Below, piece after piece: positions 9,925 to 18,865 of a stretch of 64,000 nucleotides of DNA. The translations under genes were made by a program, and so were the position numbers. The first letter of the stretch is position 1. Each line of letters opens with the position of its first letter. Location of the stretch: the NCBI GenBank assembly GCA_039683575.1, contig JBDKRC010000245.1:1-64000 (forward strand). The letters are read 5' to 3'. The notes below the pieces were generated by a model. The model was not told the origin of the DNA, did not search any database, and saw only the letters and a list, made by a program, of their open reading frames with translations. Source of the stretch: Armatimonadia bacterium. GTDB taxonomy: Bacteria > Armatimonadota > Zipacnadia > Zipacnadales > UBA11051.

Positions 9925-11397
9925 ATGCGACCGATTCAGATTTCCCGCCAGGAGTACGCCGACAAGGTCTACGCGTGCTGGCTAGGCAAGAATATCGGTG
10001 GTACGCTGGGCGTCCCCTACGAATGCAACAAGAGTGCGCAGAAGCTCACGTTCTACGAGCCCCTTCCCGACGAATCAGCCCCTAATGATGACCTGGACAT
10101 GCAGATCGTCTGGCTGCAGATGATGCGTGAGAGAGGCATCTACCCCACACTCAGCGACTTCTCCGAATACTGGATCAACCACCTTTCGCCCTACCCGTGG
10201 TGCGAATACGGCTTCTGCCGCCGGAACATGGAGCGCGGTCTGCGCCCGCCCATGTCAGGGTGCTTCGAGAACTACTTCATCGACGAGATGGGCTCACCGA
10301 TTCGGAGTGAGATCTGGGCCTGTGTGGCTCCCGGAGACCCGCAGTTGGCTGCCGCACTCTCGTGGAATGACGCGGTGCTCGATCATGCCGGCGGCGAGGG
10401 TATCTATGGCGAGATGTTCTGGGCAGCGATTGAGAGTGCGGCGTTTGTCATTAGTGACCCCAGAACGTTGATCCAGATCGGCCTCACCATGATCCCGATC
10501 TGGTCGCGCATCTCGCGGGTGGTGCGTGAAGTGCTTTGGTGTGTGGACAGCAACATCGCCTGGGAAGAGGCGCGGGAGCGCGTCCTGAAGGGCTTTGGAC
10601 ATGACAGCCCGTGCCATGCCCCGCAGAACCACGGCTTCACTGTCATGGGTTGGCTGTACGGCGAGAATTTCGGGGACAAGCTCTGCAAAGCCGTGAACTG
10701 TGGCTACGATACGGACTGCACGGGCGCCACGCTGGGGTCTGTACTGGGGCTTATTGGCGGCACCGCCGCCATCCCACCGGAGTGGCGTGAGCCGATTGGC
10801 GACACGATCGTGTTGCACAAGTTCACCGCCGATCTTGATTGTGCAAAGACCGTCGGCGAGCTGACTGAACACACGGTGGCGGTGGCCGAGCAGATTGTTG
10901 CCGAGCGCTCCGACGTGGCGGCCTTTGGCGAAACGACTGTGCTGCCGGAGAATGGGCTCTCGCTGCTGTCCCGCAACGAGAAGGCGCTTTTGGCTCTCAC
11001 GCGAGACCCAATGTCGACCATCATCACCCACGACGGATATGACCTGGCGCTGCACTACAATGGCGAACCAGTGCTTCGGCCGGGGATTGAGAAGACGATT
11101 GCCGTGTCAGTGAAGCAGGATGATTCCCCGGTCGCGGCTGAAGTGCAGGTTCGTGCGCCGGATGGGTGGCAGGTTCGGCCGGTGAGTGACCTGCCGGGAC
11201 AGAAGAGGTTCAGCCTGTTTGCCACTGAAGTCTCTGACCGCAACGTTCTCGACGTCATGGCCCATGTTGGCGACAAGACACTCAGCGGTTCGTACGTGAT
11301 GCTGGGACCAGGAGAGGCGAAAGGCTATCCGGTCAGGACCAACGTGCCGACCTGCCCGAAGTGTCATGCACGCGTCGAAGCCTGTGTATGTAAGTAG
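9925..11397 (+). CDS. ADP-ribosylglycohydrolase family protein
   Basis: WLGKNIGGTLG, PNDDLD, GSPIRSEIW, GYDTDCTGATLGS. Confidence 0.85.
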   Translation: MRPIQISRQEYADKVYACWLGKNIGGTLGVPYECNKSAQKLTFYEPLPDESAPNDDLDMQIVWLQMMRERGIYPTLSDFSEYWINHLSPYPWCEYGFCRRNMERGLRPPMSGCFENYFIDEMGSPIRSEIWACVAPGDPQLAAALSWNDAVLDHAGGEGIYGEMFWAAIESAAFVISDPRTLIQIGLTMIPIWSRISRVVREVLWCVDSNIAWEEARERVLKGFGHDSPCHAPQNHGFTVMGWLYGENFGDKLCKAVNCGYDTDCTGATLGSVLGLIGGTAAIPPEWREPIGDTIVLHKFTADLDCAKTVGELTEHTVAVAEQIVAERSDVAAFGETTVLPENGLSLLSRNEKALLALTRDPMSTIITHDGYDLALHYNGEPVLRPGIEKTIAVSVKQDDSPVAAEVQVRAPDGWQVRPVSDLPGQKRFSLFATEVSDRNVLDVMAHVGDKTLSGSYVMLGPGEAKGYPVRTNVPTCPKCHARVEACVCK

Positions 11398-11445
11398 CAG
11401 AGCCGAGACCTCTCATACTACGTCATGTGGATGCAGGAGGAGACT

Positions 11446-12534
11446 ATGCCTAACCTTCGGCTGGCAGTCATTGGCGCCGGGTTTATGGCGCAGACGACCC
11501 ATATTCGGTGTTTTCAACTGGCTGAAGGGGCTGAGGTGGTTGGCCTGGCTTGCGGCAGGCCCAAGCTGCGGGAGGCAGTGGCACAGCGCTTCGGGATCCC
11601 CCGGCAGTTTGAGTCGTGGGAGCAGGTTGCCGACGATGCCGAGATAGATGCCGCCATCGTACTGCTGCCTCCGGAGTACAACCCCGACGTTGCGTGCGCG
11701 CTATTGTCTGCGGGCAAGCATGTGTTTTGCGAGAAGCCAATGGCCTTGTCGCTGAACCAGGCCGAGCGGATGGCCGCCGCTGCTCGTGATGCTGGCCGGA
11801 CCCTGATGTTGGGCTTCATGAAGCGCTACGATACAGGCATTGAGCGCGCGAAGCAGATGTGGGATGACTTGGTGGAGACGGGGGAGATGGGGCCCATGCT
11901 GTGCGCGCGCGCCTGGTGCTTGCTGGGCGGCAACTGGACAGCTAACATTGACCGCCTCGTCCCGACCATCAATACTGATGAGGCGCAGGCTGCCAAACCG
12001 GTCGCGGACAAGGGGCCGGATTGGTTGCCACCAGCCCTGGCCGAGAAGATGCCCACCTTCGGCAGCCCGTACTACTTCTTCAACCACGTTCATAGCCACA
12101 ACATGAACCTGCTCCGGCATTTCTGTGGCGACGACTACAGCGTCAGCTACGCTGACTTCCGCCACAAGACCAAGCTTGTCCACCTGGCGTATGGTGACGC
12201 CGTGGCCACAATCGAGACCGGTCCCGGCACGAGTGCCTATGCCTTCGAAGAGGGCATGCGCATCTACTTCGAACAGGGGTGGATGGAGATCATCCCGCCG
12301 CCGCCACTGCTGATGCAGGGGGCCGCGCAAGTCCGCCTGTATCGTGGCAAAGAGGTCATGGCCTATACCGAGCCGATGGGCGACTGGGACTGGAGCTTCC
12401 GGCGGCAGAGCCAACACTTCGTGGACTGCGTGCGCGAGGGGCGAGAGCCGCGTTCGAGCGGTGCTGACTCAGTCGGCGACATGGCTATGATAGAGGCCAT
12501 TTTCCGGCGGGCTACCGAGTTGGGGAATATCTAA
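11446..12534 (+). CDS. Gfo/Idh/MocA family oxidoreductase
   Basis: VIGAGFMA Rossmann motif, HVFCEKPMA, GFMKRYD; SD AGGAGG. Confidence 0.9.
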   Translation: MPNLRLAVIGAGFMAQTTHIRCFQLAEGAEVVGLACGRPKLREAVAQRFGIPRQFESWEQVADDAEIDAAIVLLPPEYNPDVACALLSAGKHVFCEKPMALSLNQAERMAAAARDAGRTLMLGFMKRYDTGIERAKQMWDDLVETGEMGPMLCARAWCLLGGNWTANIDRLVPTINTDEAQAAKPVADKGPDWLPPALAEKMPTFGSPYYFFNHVHSHNMNLLRHFCGDDYSVSYADFRHKTKLVHLAYGDAVATIETGPGTSAYAFEEGMRIYFEQGWMEIIPPPPLLMQGAAQVRLYRGKEVMAYTEPMGDWDWSFRRQSQHFVDCVREGREPRSSGADSVGDMAMIEAIFRRATELGNI

Positions 12535-12594
12535 GGCTGGCAGACGCAGACGTTAGTTCCTGCTGGGCCTCTGGCCCCCGTGAAGGAGCTCAGA

Positions 12595-15105
12595 ATGCGG
12601 ACCCTGGTCATTGCCGTGGCTCTGTCAATTTGCGCGATGGGGATGGCCTACGATCCCGGTACCAATATCACGCGTGGCATCTACTGCCCTCCAGGGCCAA
12701 TGCTTACCACGCTGCATTGGGGCAAGCATGGTGAAGGCTACGAGTTCACCAATGAGACCGCGCACGGGGGCAAGTGGAGCATCAGGTGTGTAACCCCTGA
12801 CGCCAGCACTGCTGGCAGTGGTGCGACCCAGACAGTTACAGTCGGCCAGACGACACCGGCACCAATCAAGCTGTCAGGTTGGAGCAAAGCTGTCAACGTT
12901 GCCGAGGACACCAAGGATCATCGCTATTCGCTCTACCTCGATTGCCGCTATGCCGATGGCACCGGGTTGATGATGCAGCTCGCAACCTTCTCCGGTGGTA
13001 CGCACGACTGGGAGTACTCAGAGACGGTCATCAAGCCCGAGAAGCCGCTGGCGTCAATCAGCTTCTACATCTTCTTACGGAAGCGGTCCGGCACTGCCTA
13101 CTTCGACGACCTGTTCCTCGGTCCGCCAGACGGCCCCAACCTGTTAAGGAATCCCGGTTTTGAGCCCGAGGACCGCAACAACGCCGTTGCGCAGGAGCAG
13201 GTATATCAGACGTATGTGGACTTGAACGCCAACGCGATCCACACGTACCTCTCCGGGGAACCAACCTTCTGGCTCGGACCGGACGGCAAAGGCAACCCGC
13301 AGGTCCGCGACTTCCTGCGTCTCGCCGCCAGCAAGGGCATCGGCGTCTGGCTCACCACGGGCCACCCGTCCATGCCTTCGTTCAAGGACAGTAGCGACCC
13401 CAACTTTCCCCAGTACGTGTGTGTCAATGGGCCCTGGGGAGACGCGTGGGTGAACACCCTCGGGCTGGCTGCCCGGTACGATTTCGCGGGGATCTCGCTG
13501 GTGCCGGATGAGTACAACTGGAGCAACGGGGAACTGAAAGAGAGATACGCGAAGCATCCAGACCCGAAGGTCGCCGAATTCTACAAGGCGCTTCCGGCGA
13601 TGTGCAATTGCGGGGTCTGTCAGAAATTGTACGAACAAGCCTACCACGAGAAGTTGCCTTCGCTGCCCGAAGACATGCTCTTTGCAGACCGTAGCCCTAG
13701 CTACCTCAACTACCTCTCACACCGCTACGATAGCACCACCAACTGGCTCAAGCGCGGCGCTGCGGCCGTTAAGCAGGCCAACCCCGCTATTCGTACTGAC
13801 AGCCTCATCTGCGTGACACCCATATGCAGCGATCGGTGGTGGTCGGTGGGTGTGGCGTGGGACAGGCTGGGCGAGACGGGTCTTGATTTCCCCACTACAG
13901 ACCCCTACATACTGCTTCACAACTACCTCGGCGACAGCACACACTGGTATGTAACAGAAACCGCCGCTCATCTGACCGCGGCAACGCCCAAGCGGCAGTG
14001 CGGCATTGTGCTTGAGGCAAGTCGCCTGAGAGGCGAGTATCGTGAACTCGACCCTGTGGAGATCTACGGCAGCGCTCTCTCAGCCGTGTGCCATGGCGCG
14101 AAGGAACTGGCGTGGTGGCACTATAGCCACATCACGGGTGCCAGTCCCACTACTGAGAGGCCGGAGGTAAGTGCGGCGTGTGTGCGTGGGGTCTACGGTC
14201 TCCTCAAACAGGCCGACCCCTGGCTTGGCGGTCTTCAGCCGATCAAGCGGGTGGCTTACCTGCATTCGCGCGCTTCCGACGACTCTTGGCGGTTCTATAC
14301 TGAACCGGAGCCATCGCCGGTCCTGACGCATCAGGTCAATGATGCTCGATATGCGGCGGTGGCCCAGAAGGAGATGCTGTACTATCTCTTACGACGGGGT
14401 GTCCCGACGGACCTGTACTACCTCGAGAGCGCTCAGGAGGCACAGCTGCGGGACTATCCCGTAGTAGTAGTGCCCTTCCCCTTCGCGATTGGTGATACGC
14501 AGGCCAAGCTCCTGGAGAGGCTCGCGGAGCAAGGTAAGACCGTGCTGATCATGTCCGAGCTTGGCGCCGTCACCGAGACCGGTGTGCCGCGCCAGCGGCC
14601 CGCGCTGCTCGGGCTTTGTGGTCTGGACGCCGTGCCAGCGGGGGCGAGCGCGTCTCCCAGCATCCGGAAGAAAGGGAAGGGCAGCGTAGTCTACCTTCCG
14701 CAAAGCGCGTACGACCTGCCGCTGCACCGCGACAACCAGAAGAAGACGCGCTCAGAGAGGATCGTTCCGGACCCACTTAACCCCGACATGGTGGCCAGCC
14801 TCGACAGGCTGCTCACGAAGGCGTGTGGCAACGAGCCGTGGGTGCTGGAGAAACTGGGGGAGCAGGACATCGAGGTCACTTGCCTTACGAACAACCGCAA
14901 AGAGTTGGTGGAACTTGCCATCAACTGGGAGAATGAGCCTCGCGAGTGTCAGTTGAGGGTGCCGCGCACAGTTGCGGGCAAGCTGGTAGGCTTCCGGATG
15001 GGCCCTGATGGCAAGTGCGAAGCATCCAGCCTCGCCCTTAGGAGTCCTGTACTTTCTGTCCAGTTGCAGCCTCAGGAAGCCTGCCTGTGGCGGCTTGTGA
15101 AGTGA
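12595..15105 (+). CDS. Secreted GH42-like glycoside hydrolase with inserted CBM and beta-galactosidase trimerisation (GATase-like) domain
   Basis: Signal peptide; CBM-like region; PDEY and CNCGVC in the barrel; VAYLHS...LRDYPVVVVP...GKGSVVYL trimerisation-domain pattern. Confidence 0.65.
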   Translation: MRTLVIAVALSICAMGMAYDPGTNITRGIYCPPGPMLTTLHWGKHGEGYEFTNETAHGGKWSIRCVTPDASTAGSGATQTVTVGQTTPAPIKLSGWSKAVNVAEDTKDHRYSLYLDCRYADGTGLMMQLATFSGGTHDWEYSETVIKPEKPLASISFYIFLRKRSGTAYFDDLFLGPPDGPNLLRNPGFEPEDRNNAVAQEQVYQTYVDLNANAIHTYLSGEPTFWLGPDGKGNPQVRDFLRLAASKGIGVWLTTGHPSMPSFKDSSDPNFPQYVCVNGPWGDAWVNTLGLAARYDFAGISLVPDEYNWSNGELKERYAKHPDPKVAEFYKALPAMCNCGVCQKLYEQAYHEKLPSLPEDMLFADRSPSYLNYLSHRYDSTTNWLKRGAAAVKQANPAIRTDSLICVTPICSDRWWSVGVAWDRLGETGLDFPTTDPYILLHNYLGDSTHWYVTETAAHLTAATPKRQCGIVLEASRLRGEYRELDPVEIYGSALSAVCHGAKELAWWHYSHITGASPTTERPEVSAACVRGVYGLLKQADPWLGGLQPIKRVAYLHSRASDDSWRFYTEPEPSPVLTHQVNDARYAAVAQKEMLYYLLRRGVPTDLYYLESAQEAQLRDYPVVVVPFPFAIGDTQAKLLERLAEQGKTVLIMSELGAVTETGVPRQRPALLGLCGLDAVPAGASASPSIRKKGKGSVVYLPQSAYDLPLHRDNQKKTRSERIVPDPLNPDMVASLDRLLTKACGNEPWVLEKLGEQDIEVTCLTNNRKELVELAINWENEPRECQLRVPRTVAGKLVGFRMGPDGKCEASSLALRSPVLSVQLQPQEACLWRLVK

Positions 15106-15150
15106 AGCCTGACCTCGGTGGACGCTGCAGATGGAGGGAAGGAGAAACCA

Positions 15151-16233
15151 GTGATCAAACCGTCGCCTGACTTCCAACGCGTCGCTGCGGCCCTTGACCG
15201 TGAAGAGCCCGATCGCGTGCCACTTGGTGAGTTTCTGATAGACCCGCCGGTCAAGGAAGCCTTCCTGGGACGACACGTTGGAAACTCCCTCACTCGCGCC
15301 GACGGTTACGATGTCGCGGCCGATGTGGAGTTCTGGTATCGCGCGGGCTATGACTACATGCACCTGGCCCCCAATTACCTGGGGCTCTTTACGGGCGGCT
15401 GGAATGTGCAGGAGGGCGACTACTCGCTATATGATGAGGCACCCGTCCAGAAAGCGTGGATGGAGGAGCACCGGAGCGTCATACGCGCCAAGGACGATGT
15501 CGAGAGCTACCCATGGCCGGATCCCGATGAGGTGGATCTGAGCGACCTTGTGCAGGCTGCTAACCTGCTGCCCAGGGGCATGAAGCTAACCAGCGGGACA
15601 TGGGGCATCTTCGAGACCACAAGAGCATTGCTGGGCTTCGAAGGGGCTGCATATGCTCTGTATGACCAGCCCGGGCTGGTTGAGAGCGTGCTCGAGCGTG
15701 TGGGGGATTTCCTATTCCGCCTGTTCCTGCGGGTCCTGGAGTTGCCGAACCTGGGCGCTCTCTGGTTCGCCGACGACCTCTCGAGCGTAGATACGTACTT
15801 CGTGAACCCGAACTGGTACCGGCAGCATCTTTTTCCATGGATGACGAAGTACAACGAGGCTGCAGCCGCCAAGGGCTTGCCGCTTATCTACCACTGTGAC
15901 GGGACAATGTGGGAAGTCCTGCCGGACATTGTGGAGTGTGGTTTTGCTGCCATTCAGCCGGTCGAACCCAAGGCAATGGATATCGTTGAGGTAAAGCGCC
16001 AGTACGGTCGCCATCTCTGCCTGATTGGCAACATCGATTTGGGCGGGAGTCTGACGATGGGGACCCCACAGCAAGTGGGGGCGGAGGTACATCAGAGGAT
16101 CAGCGAACTGGCCCAAGGTGGTGGTTATATGGTGGGGAGCAGCAACTCGATCACTAGCTATGTGCCGTTAGAGAACTACAAAGCACTGATCGAGGCCGTC
16201 TTCAAGTGGGGATGGTACCCAGTGGTCGCTTGA
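15151..16233 (+). CDS. Uroporphyrinogen decarboxylase (URO-D/MtaA-CmuA) family protein
   Basis: EPDRVP, FADDL, YHCDG, CLIGNID, GGGYMVGSSNS. Confidence 0.85.
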   Translation: MIKPSPDFQRVAAALDREEPDRVPLGEFLIDPPVKEAFLGRHVGNSLTRADGYDVAADVEFWYRAGYDYMHLAPNYLGLFTGGWNVQEGDYSLYDEAPVQKAWMEEHRSVIRAKDDVESYPWPDPDEVDLSDLVQAANLLPRGMKLTSGTWGIFETTRALLGFEGAAYALYDQPGLVESVLERVGDFLFRLFLRVLELPNLGALWFADDLSSVDTYFVNPNWYRQHLFPWMTKYNEAAAAKGLPLIYHCDGTMWEVLPDIVECGFAAIQPVEPKAMDIVEVKRQYGRHLCLIGNIDLGGSLTMGTPQQVGAEVHQRISELAQGGGYMVGSSNSITSYVPLENYKALIEAVFKWGWYPVVA

Positions 16234-16235
16234 GT

Positions 16236-17567
16236 TCAGGTCTGGATCGTGCCGATCAACGTACTTGCGTTGAGATCGGTTGCTGTGCAGGCGCGGATAC
16301 TGTTGAGCATGGTCTTTGGAGCCTGCACTCGAAGCTGCAGATAGTTGTCCGTTACCCCGCGCAGCCATCCATCCCCCTCATCGGTCTGCAAAACCGTTTC
16401 CAGCGTCTGGCCTAGCATCTGCCGGGCGAAGCTCTCACGCTTGCGCTCGGAAAGCTCCCGAAGCACATGATTGCGCTCCAGCGCTACCGGGTAGGGAACC
16501 TGGTTTGGCATGTCGGCGGCGGGAGTGCCACGGCGTGGCGAATAGGTGAACACGTGCAGGTAAGACAGCGGCAGGCTTGTTAGCAGCTCTCTGGTCTGCT
16601 CGAACTCCTCATCCGTCTCACCAGGGAACCCGACTATTACGTCGGTTCCAAGTCCGGTTGCTGGCTGAGCATCGTGCATTCGGTTGATCAGGGCTGCGTA
16701 CGACTCGGAGGTATATGGCCGTCGCATCCGTTGAAGCACGGTATTTGAACCGCTCTGCAGCGGAATGTGCAGGTACCGGCAGAGCTTAGAGGCTGCACAG
16801 TCAAGAGAAGACCCCTCGCAACACGCGTCCAAAGCGCGTCCCCCCCCGGCGATCAGAGAGATCAGCTCATCTGTGACCTCGCGTGGCTCGATCGAACTCA
16901 GCCGCAAGCGGCGGACTTCGGGCAGCGCTGCCAGTTGCAGCAGCAGTCCCGTCAGGTCAATGTCATCTTTCAGGTCTCTGCCATACTGCCCAAGGTGAGT
17001 GCCAATCAGTACGAGTTCCGGATGGCCGGCCCGTGCCAACTCCCGTGCCTGCTCGATGACTTCGGACAGGGCCACACTTCGGCTGGGGCCCCGCGCGTCC
17101 GGTATGATGCAATACGAACAGCGGGCATTGCAGCCTTCTTGGACCTTGATGAAGCAACGGGTGTGTTCGGCGAATTGGTGGACGAGGTGGTCGTGAGGTG
17201 ACGTCGTGGAGGTCGCGTCAGCATGCCTGAGTGCCTCAGGCAGCACGTCAGCCAGCCGCGCCTTCTCTTCCTGGTCGCAGACGAGGTCAATCTCAGGGAT
17301 GGCCGCAAGTTCCTGGCGCGCGACCTGAGGATAGCATCCTGTGACCACGACATAGGCATGAGGGTTCAGCCGTTTGGCTCGGCGGGCCAAACGGCGGGTA
17401 TCACTGTCGGCGTGGTGGGTGACGGTGCAGCTATTGACGATGTAGAGATCGGCGGGGCAATCAACGTCAACTATGGTATAGCCAAGGCGCAGCAATTGCT
17501 CGCGCATCTGCTGGCTTTCGTATTGGTTGAGCTTGCAGCCGAGCGTCTTGATGGCAGCAGTGGGCAT
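16236..17567 (-). CDS. mtaB: tRNA t6A37 methylthiotransferase MtaB
   Basis: TLGCKLNQYES, NSCTVT, KVQEGCNARCSYCIIP radical SAM motif, HIPLQSGS, HVFTYSPRRGT. Confidence 0.92.
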   Translation of the reverse strand: MPTAAIKTLGCKLNQYESQQMREQLLRLGYTIVDVDCPADLYIVNSCTVTHHADSDTRRLARRAKRLNPHAYVVVTGCYPQVARQELAAIPEIDLVCDQEEKARLADVLPEALRHADATSTTSPHDHLVHQFAEHTRCFIKVQEGCNARCSYCIIPDARGPSRSVALSEVIEQARELARAGHPELVLIGTHLGQYGRDLKDDIDLTGLLLQLAALPEVRRLRLSSIEPREVTDELISLIAGGGRALDACCEGSSLDCAASKLCRYLHIPLQSGSNTVLQRMRRPYTSESYAALINRMHDAQPATGLGTDVIVGFPGETDEEFEQTRELLTSLPLSYLHVFTYSPRRGTPAADMPNQVPYPVALERNHVLRELSERKRESFARQMLGQTLETVLQTDEGDGWLRGVTDNYLQLRVQAPKTMLNSIRACTATDLNASTLIGTIQT

Positions 17568-17659
17568 GGTTGCGGGCGGTGCTATCGCATGGTATAATCA
17601 GGCAGAACCACGTACGGCCGGGACATGCCCGGCCGCAACGCTGTCTGCATCCCTCGGCC

Positions 17660-17851
17660 TTAGCTGGCCTTGAGGATCTTCCCGGCCTTGATGCAGGAAG
17701 TGCAGACGCGGGTGCGCTTGTTGCCCTGCGGGGTCTTGATCCGCACGGACTGCAGGTTGGGCAGCCAGCGGCGCTTGGTGTGGCGCTGGGAGTGGCTGAC
17801 GTTGCAGCCGGTTGAGGGCTTCTTGCCGCAGACGGCGCAGACTTTAGACAT
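17660..17851 (-). CDS. rpmB: 50S ribosomal protein L28, zinc-binding (C+) type
   Basis: [10 protein letters not shown]...[18 protein letters not shown]...VCTSCIK. Confidence 0.95.
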   Translation of the reverse strand: MSKVCAVCGKKPSTGCNVSHSQRHTKRRWLPNLQSVRIKTPQGNKRTRVCTSCIKAGKILKAS

Positions 17852-17918
17852 GGCACTCTTCCTCGAAATTCGAAGCACGCCCGAACGGGCGTGCCGAGAT
17901 AGTTCAAGACGGAGAATT

Positions 17919-17947
17919 ACTATAACATATCACCCACTGAAGCGCAA
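17919..17947 (-). promoter_or_regulatory. Sigma70-type promoter for rpmB(-mtaB)
   Basis: TTGCGC-17 bp-TATAGT with extended TGn on the minus strand. Confidence 0.6.
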
Positions 17948-17975
17948 GGGCGGTTCTGGTGGCAAGGTAGCTGAC

Positions 17976-18830
17976 ATGGCTGACGGTATGGGCGAAAATC
18001 AGGGGCCGAGTGTCACGCCAGGAGCACTGGAAGCAGCTCCTGACGTCTTCTTCGTCTCACGGCAAGGTCCGAGGATATCCGGGACCGCACTTGTGGGTGG
18101 CCTGCACCTGGCCACGGGCAACTATGGCACCGCGCCGTGGTGGCGCCTGCTGCTCAGCGGCGCCATGATCGTGGTGACGCTGGCCGTTGGCATGGTGCTG
18201 ACCTATACAGAACTCTGGGTCCTGGATCAGGTGACTGGCGCCTCATTCTCAACCGCACTCCTCGGGTTGCCGGGAGCAGGCGCCTCGGGGTGGGAGACTT
18301 ACGCAGCCATCGGGCTGCAGCTGCTCCCGATGCTGAACTTCCTCGTGGTCTTGCGGATGTCACCGCTTTCAGGTTACCATGCAGCGGAGCACAAGGTTGT
18401 CGCTGCCATCGAAGCCTATGGACACTTGGAGTACAATCAGGTGGTTGAGATGCCGCGCGCACATCCACGCTGCGGAACGGTGCTGCTCTTCGGCATTCTG
18501 CCTACCATGCTGATTGCATATCCCCTGTTTTTCAGCCAGCCGTTCGCTGCAGTGCTTATCGCCGTTATTGGCTGGTCACTGCGTTTCCACGTGGGGTATT
18601 TCATCCAGCAGTACTTCACCACCAAGCCACCCACGCCCGCGCAGCTCAAAGCAGGCATGGAAGCCGGAAACAAGATCATGGCCCTATGGCTCGCCCAGCC
18701 TGATCGTCGGGTCTCGATTGCTCAGAACATCTGGACCCGTGGTCTGCCCCAGATGCTGATCGGGGTCATCATCGGCCAGCACCTCCTTGGTCTTGTCTAT
18801 CAGAGTATGCATGTTTGGTTGGATTTCTGA
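17976..18830 (+). CDS. DUF1385 family membrane protein; start uncertain
   Basis: YHAAEHK, HPRCGT and QYFTTKPP motifs, several TM helices. Confidence 0.8.
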   Translation: MADGMGENQGPSVTPGALEAAPDVFFVSRQGPRISGTALVGGLHLATGNYGTAPWWRLLLSGAMIVVTLAVGMVLTYTELWVLDQVTGASFSTALLGLPGAGASGWETYAAIGLQLLPMLNFLVVLRMSPLSGYHAAEHKVVAAIEAYGHLEYNQVVEMPRAHPRCGTVLLFGILPTMLIAYPLFFSQPFAAVLIAVIGWSLRFHVGYFIQQYFTTKPPTPAQLKAGMEAGNKIMALWLAQPDRRVSIAQNIWTRGLPQMLIGVIIGQHLLGLVYQSMHVWLDF

Positions 18831-18865
18831 AGCCGCGTCATCGAAGTACGCACTTCCCGGTTAGG

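Noticed and set aside
15151-16233. hemE
   Set aside because: It lacks the HemE MRQAGRY motif and has no heme genes nearby; only the broad URO-D family call is supported
18831-18865. T-box leader for argS
   Set aside because: Only 35 bp of intergenic space and no T-box motif
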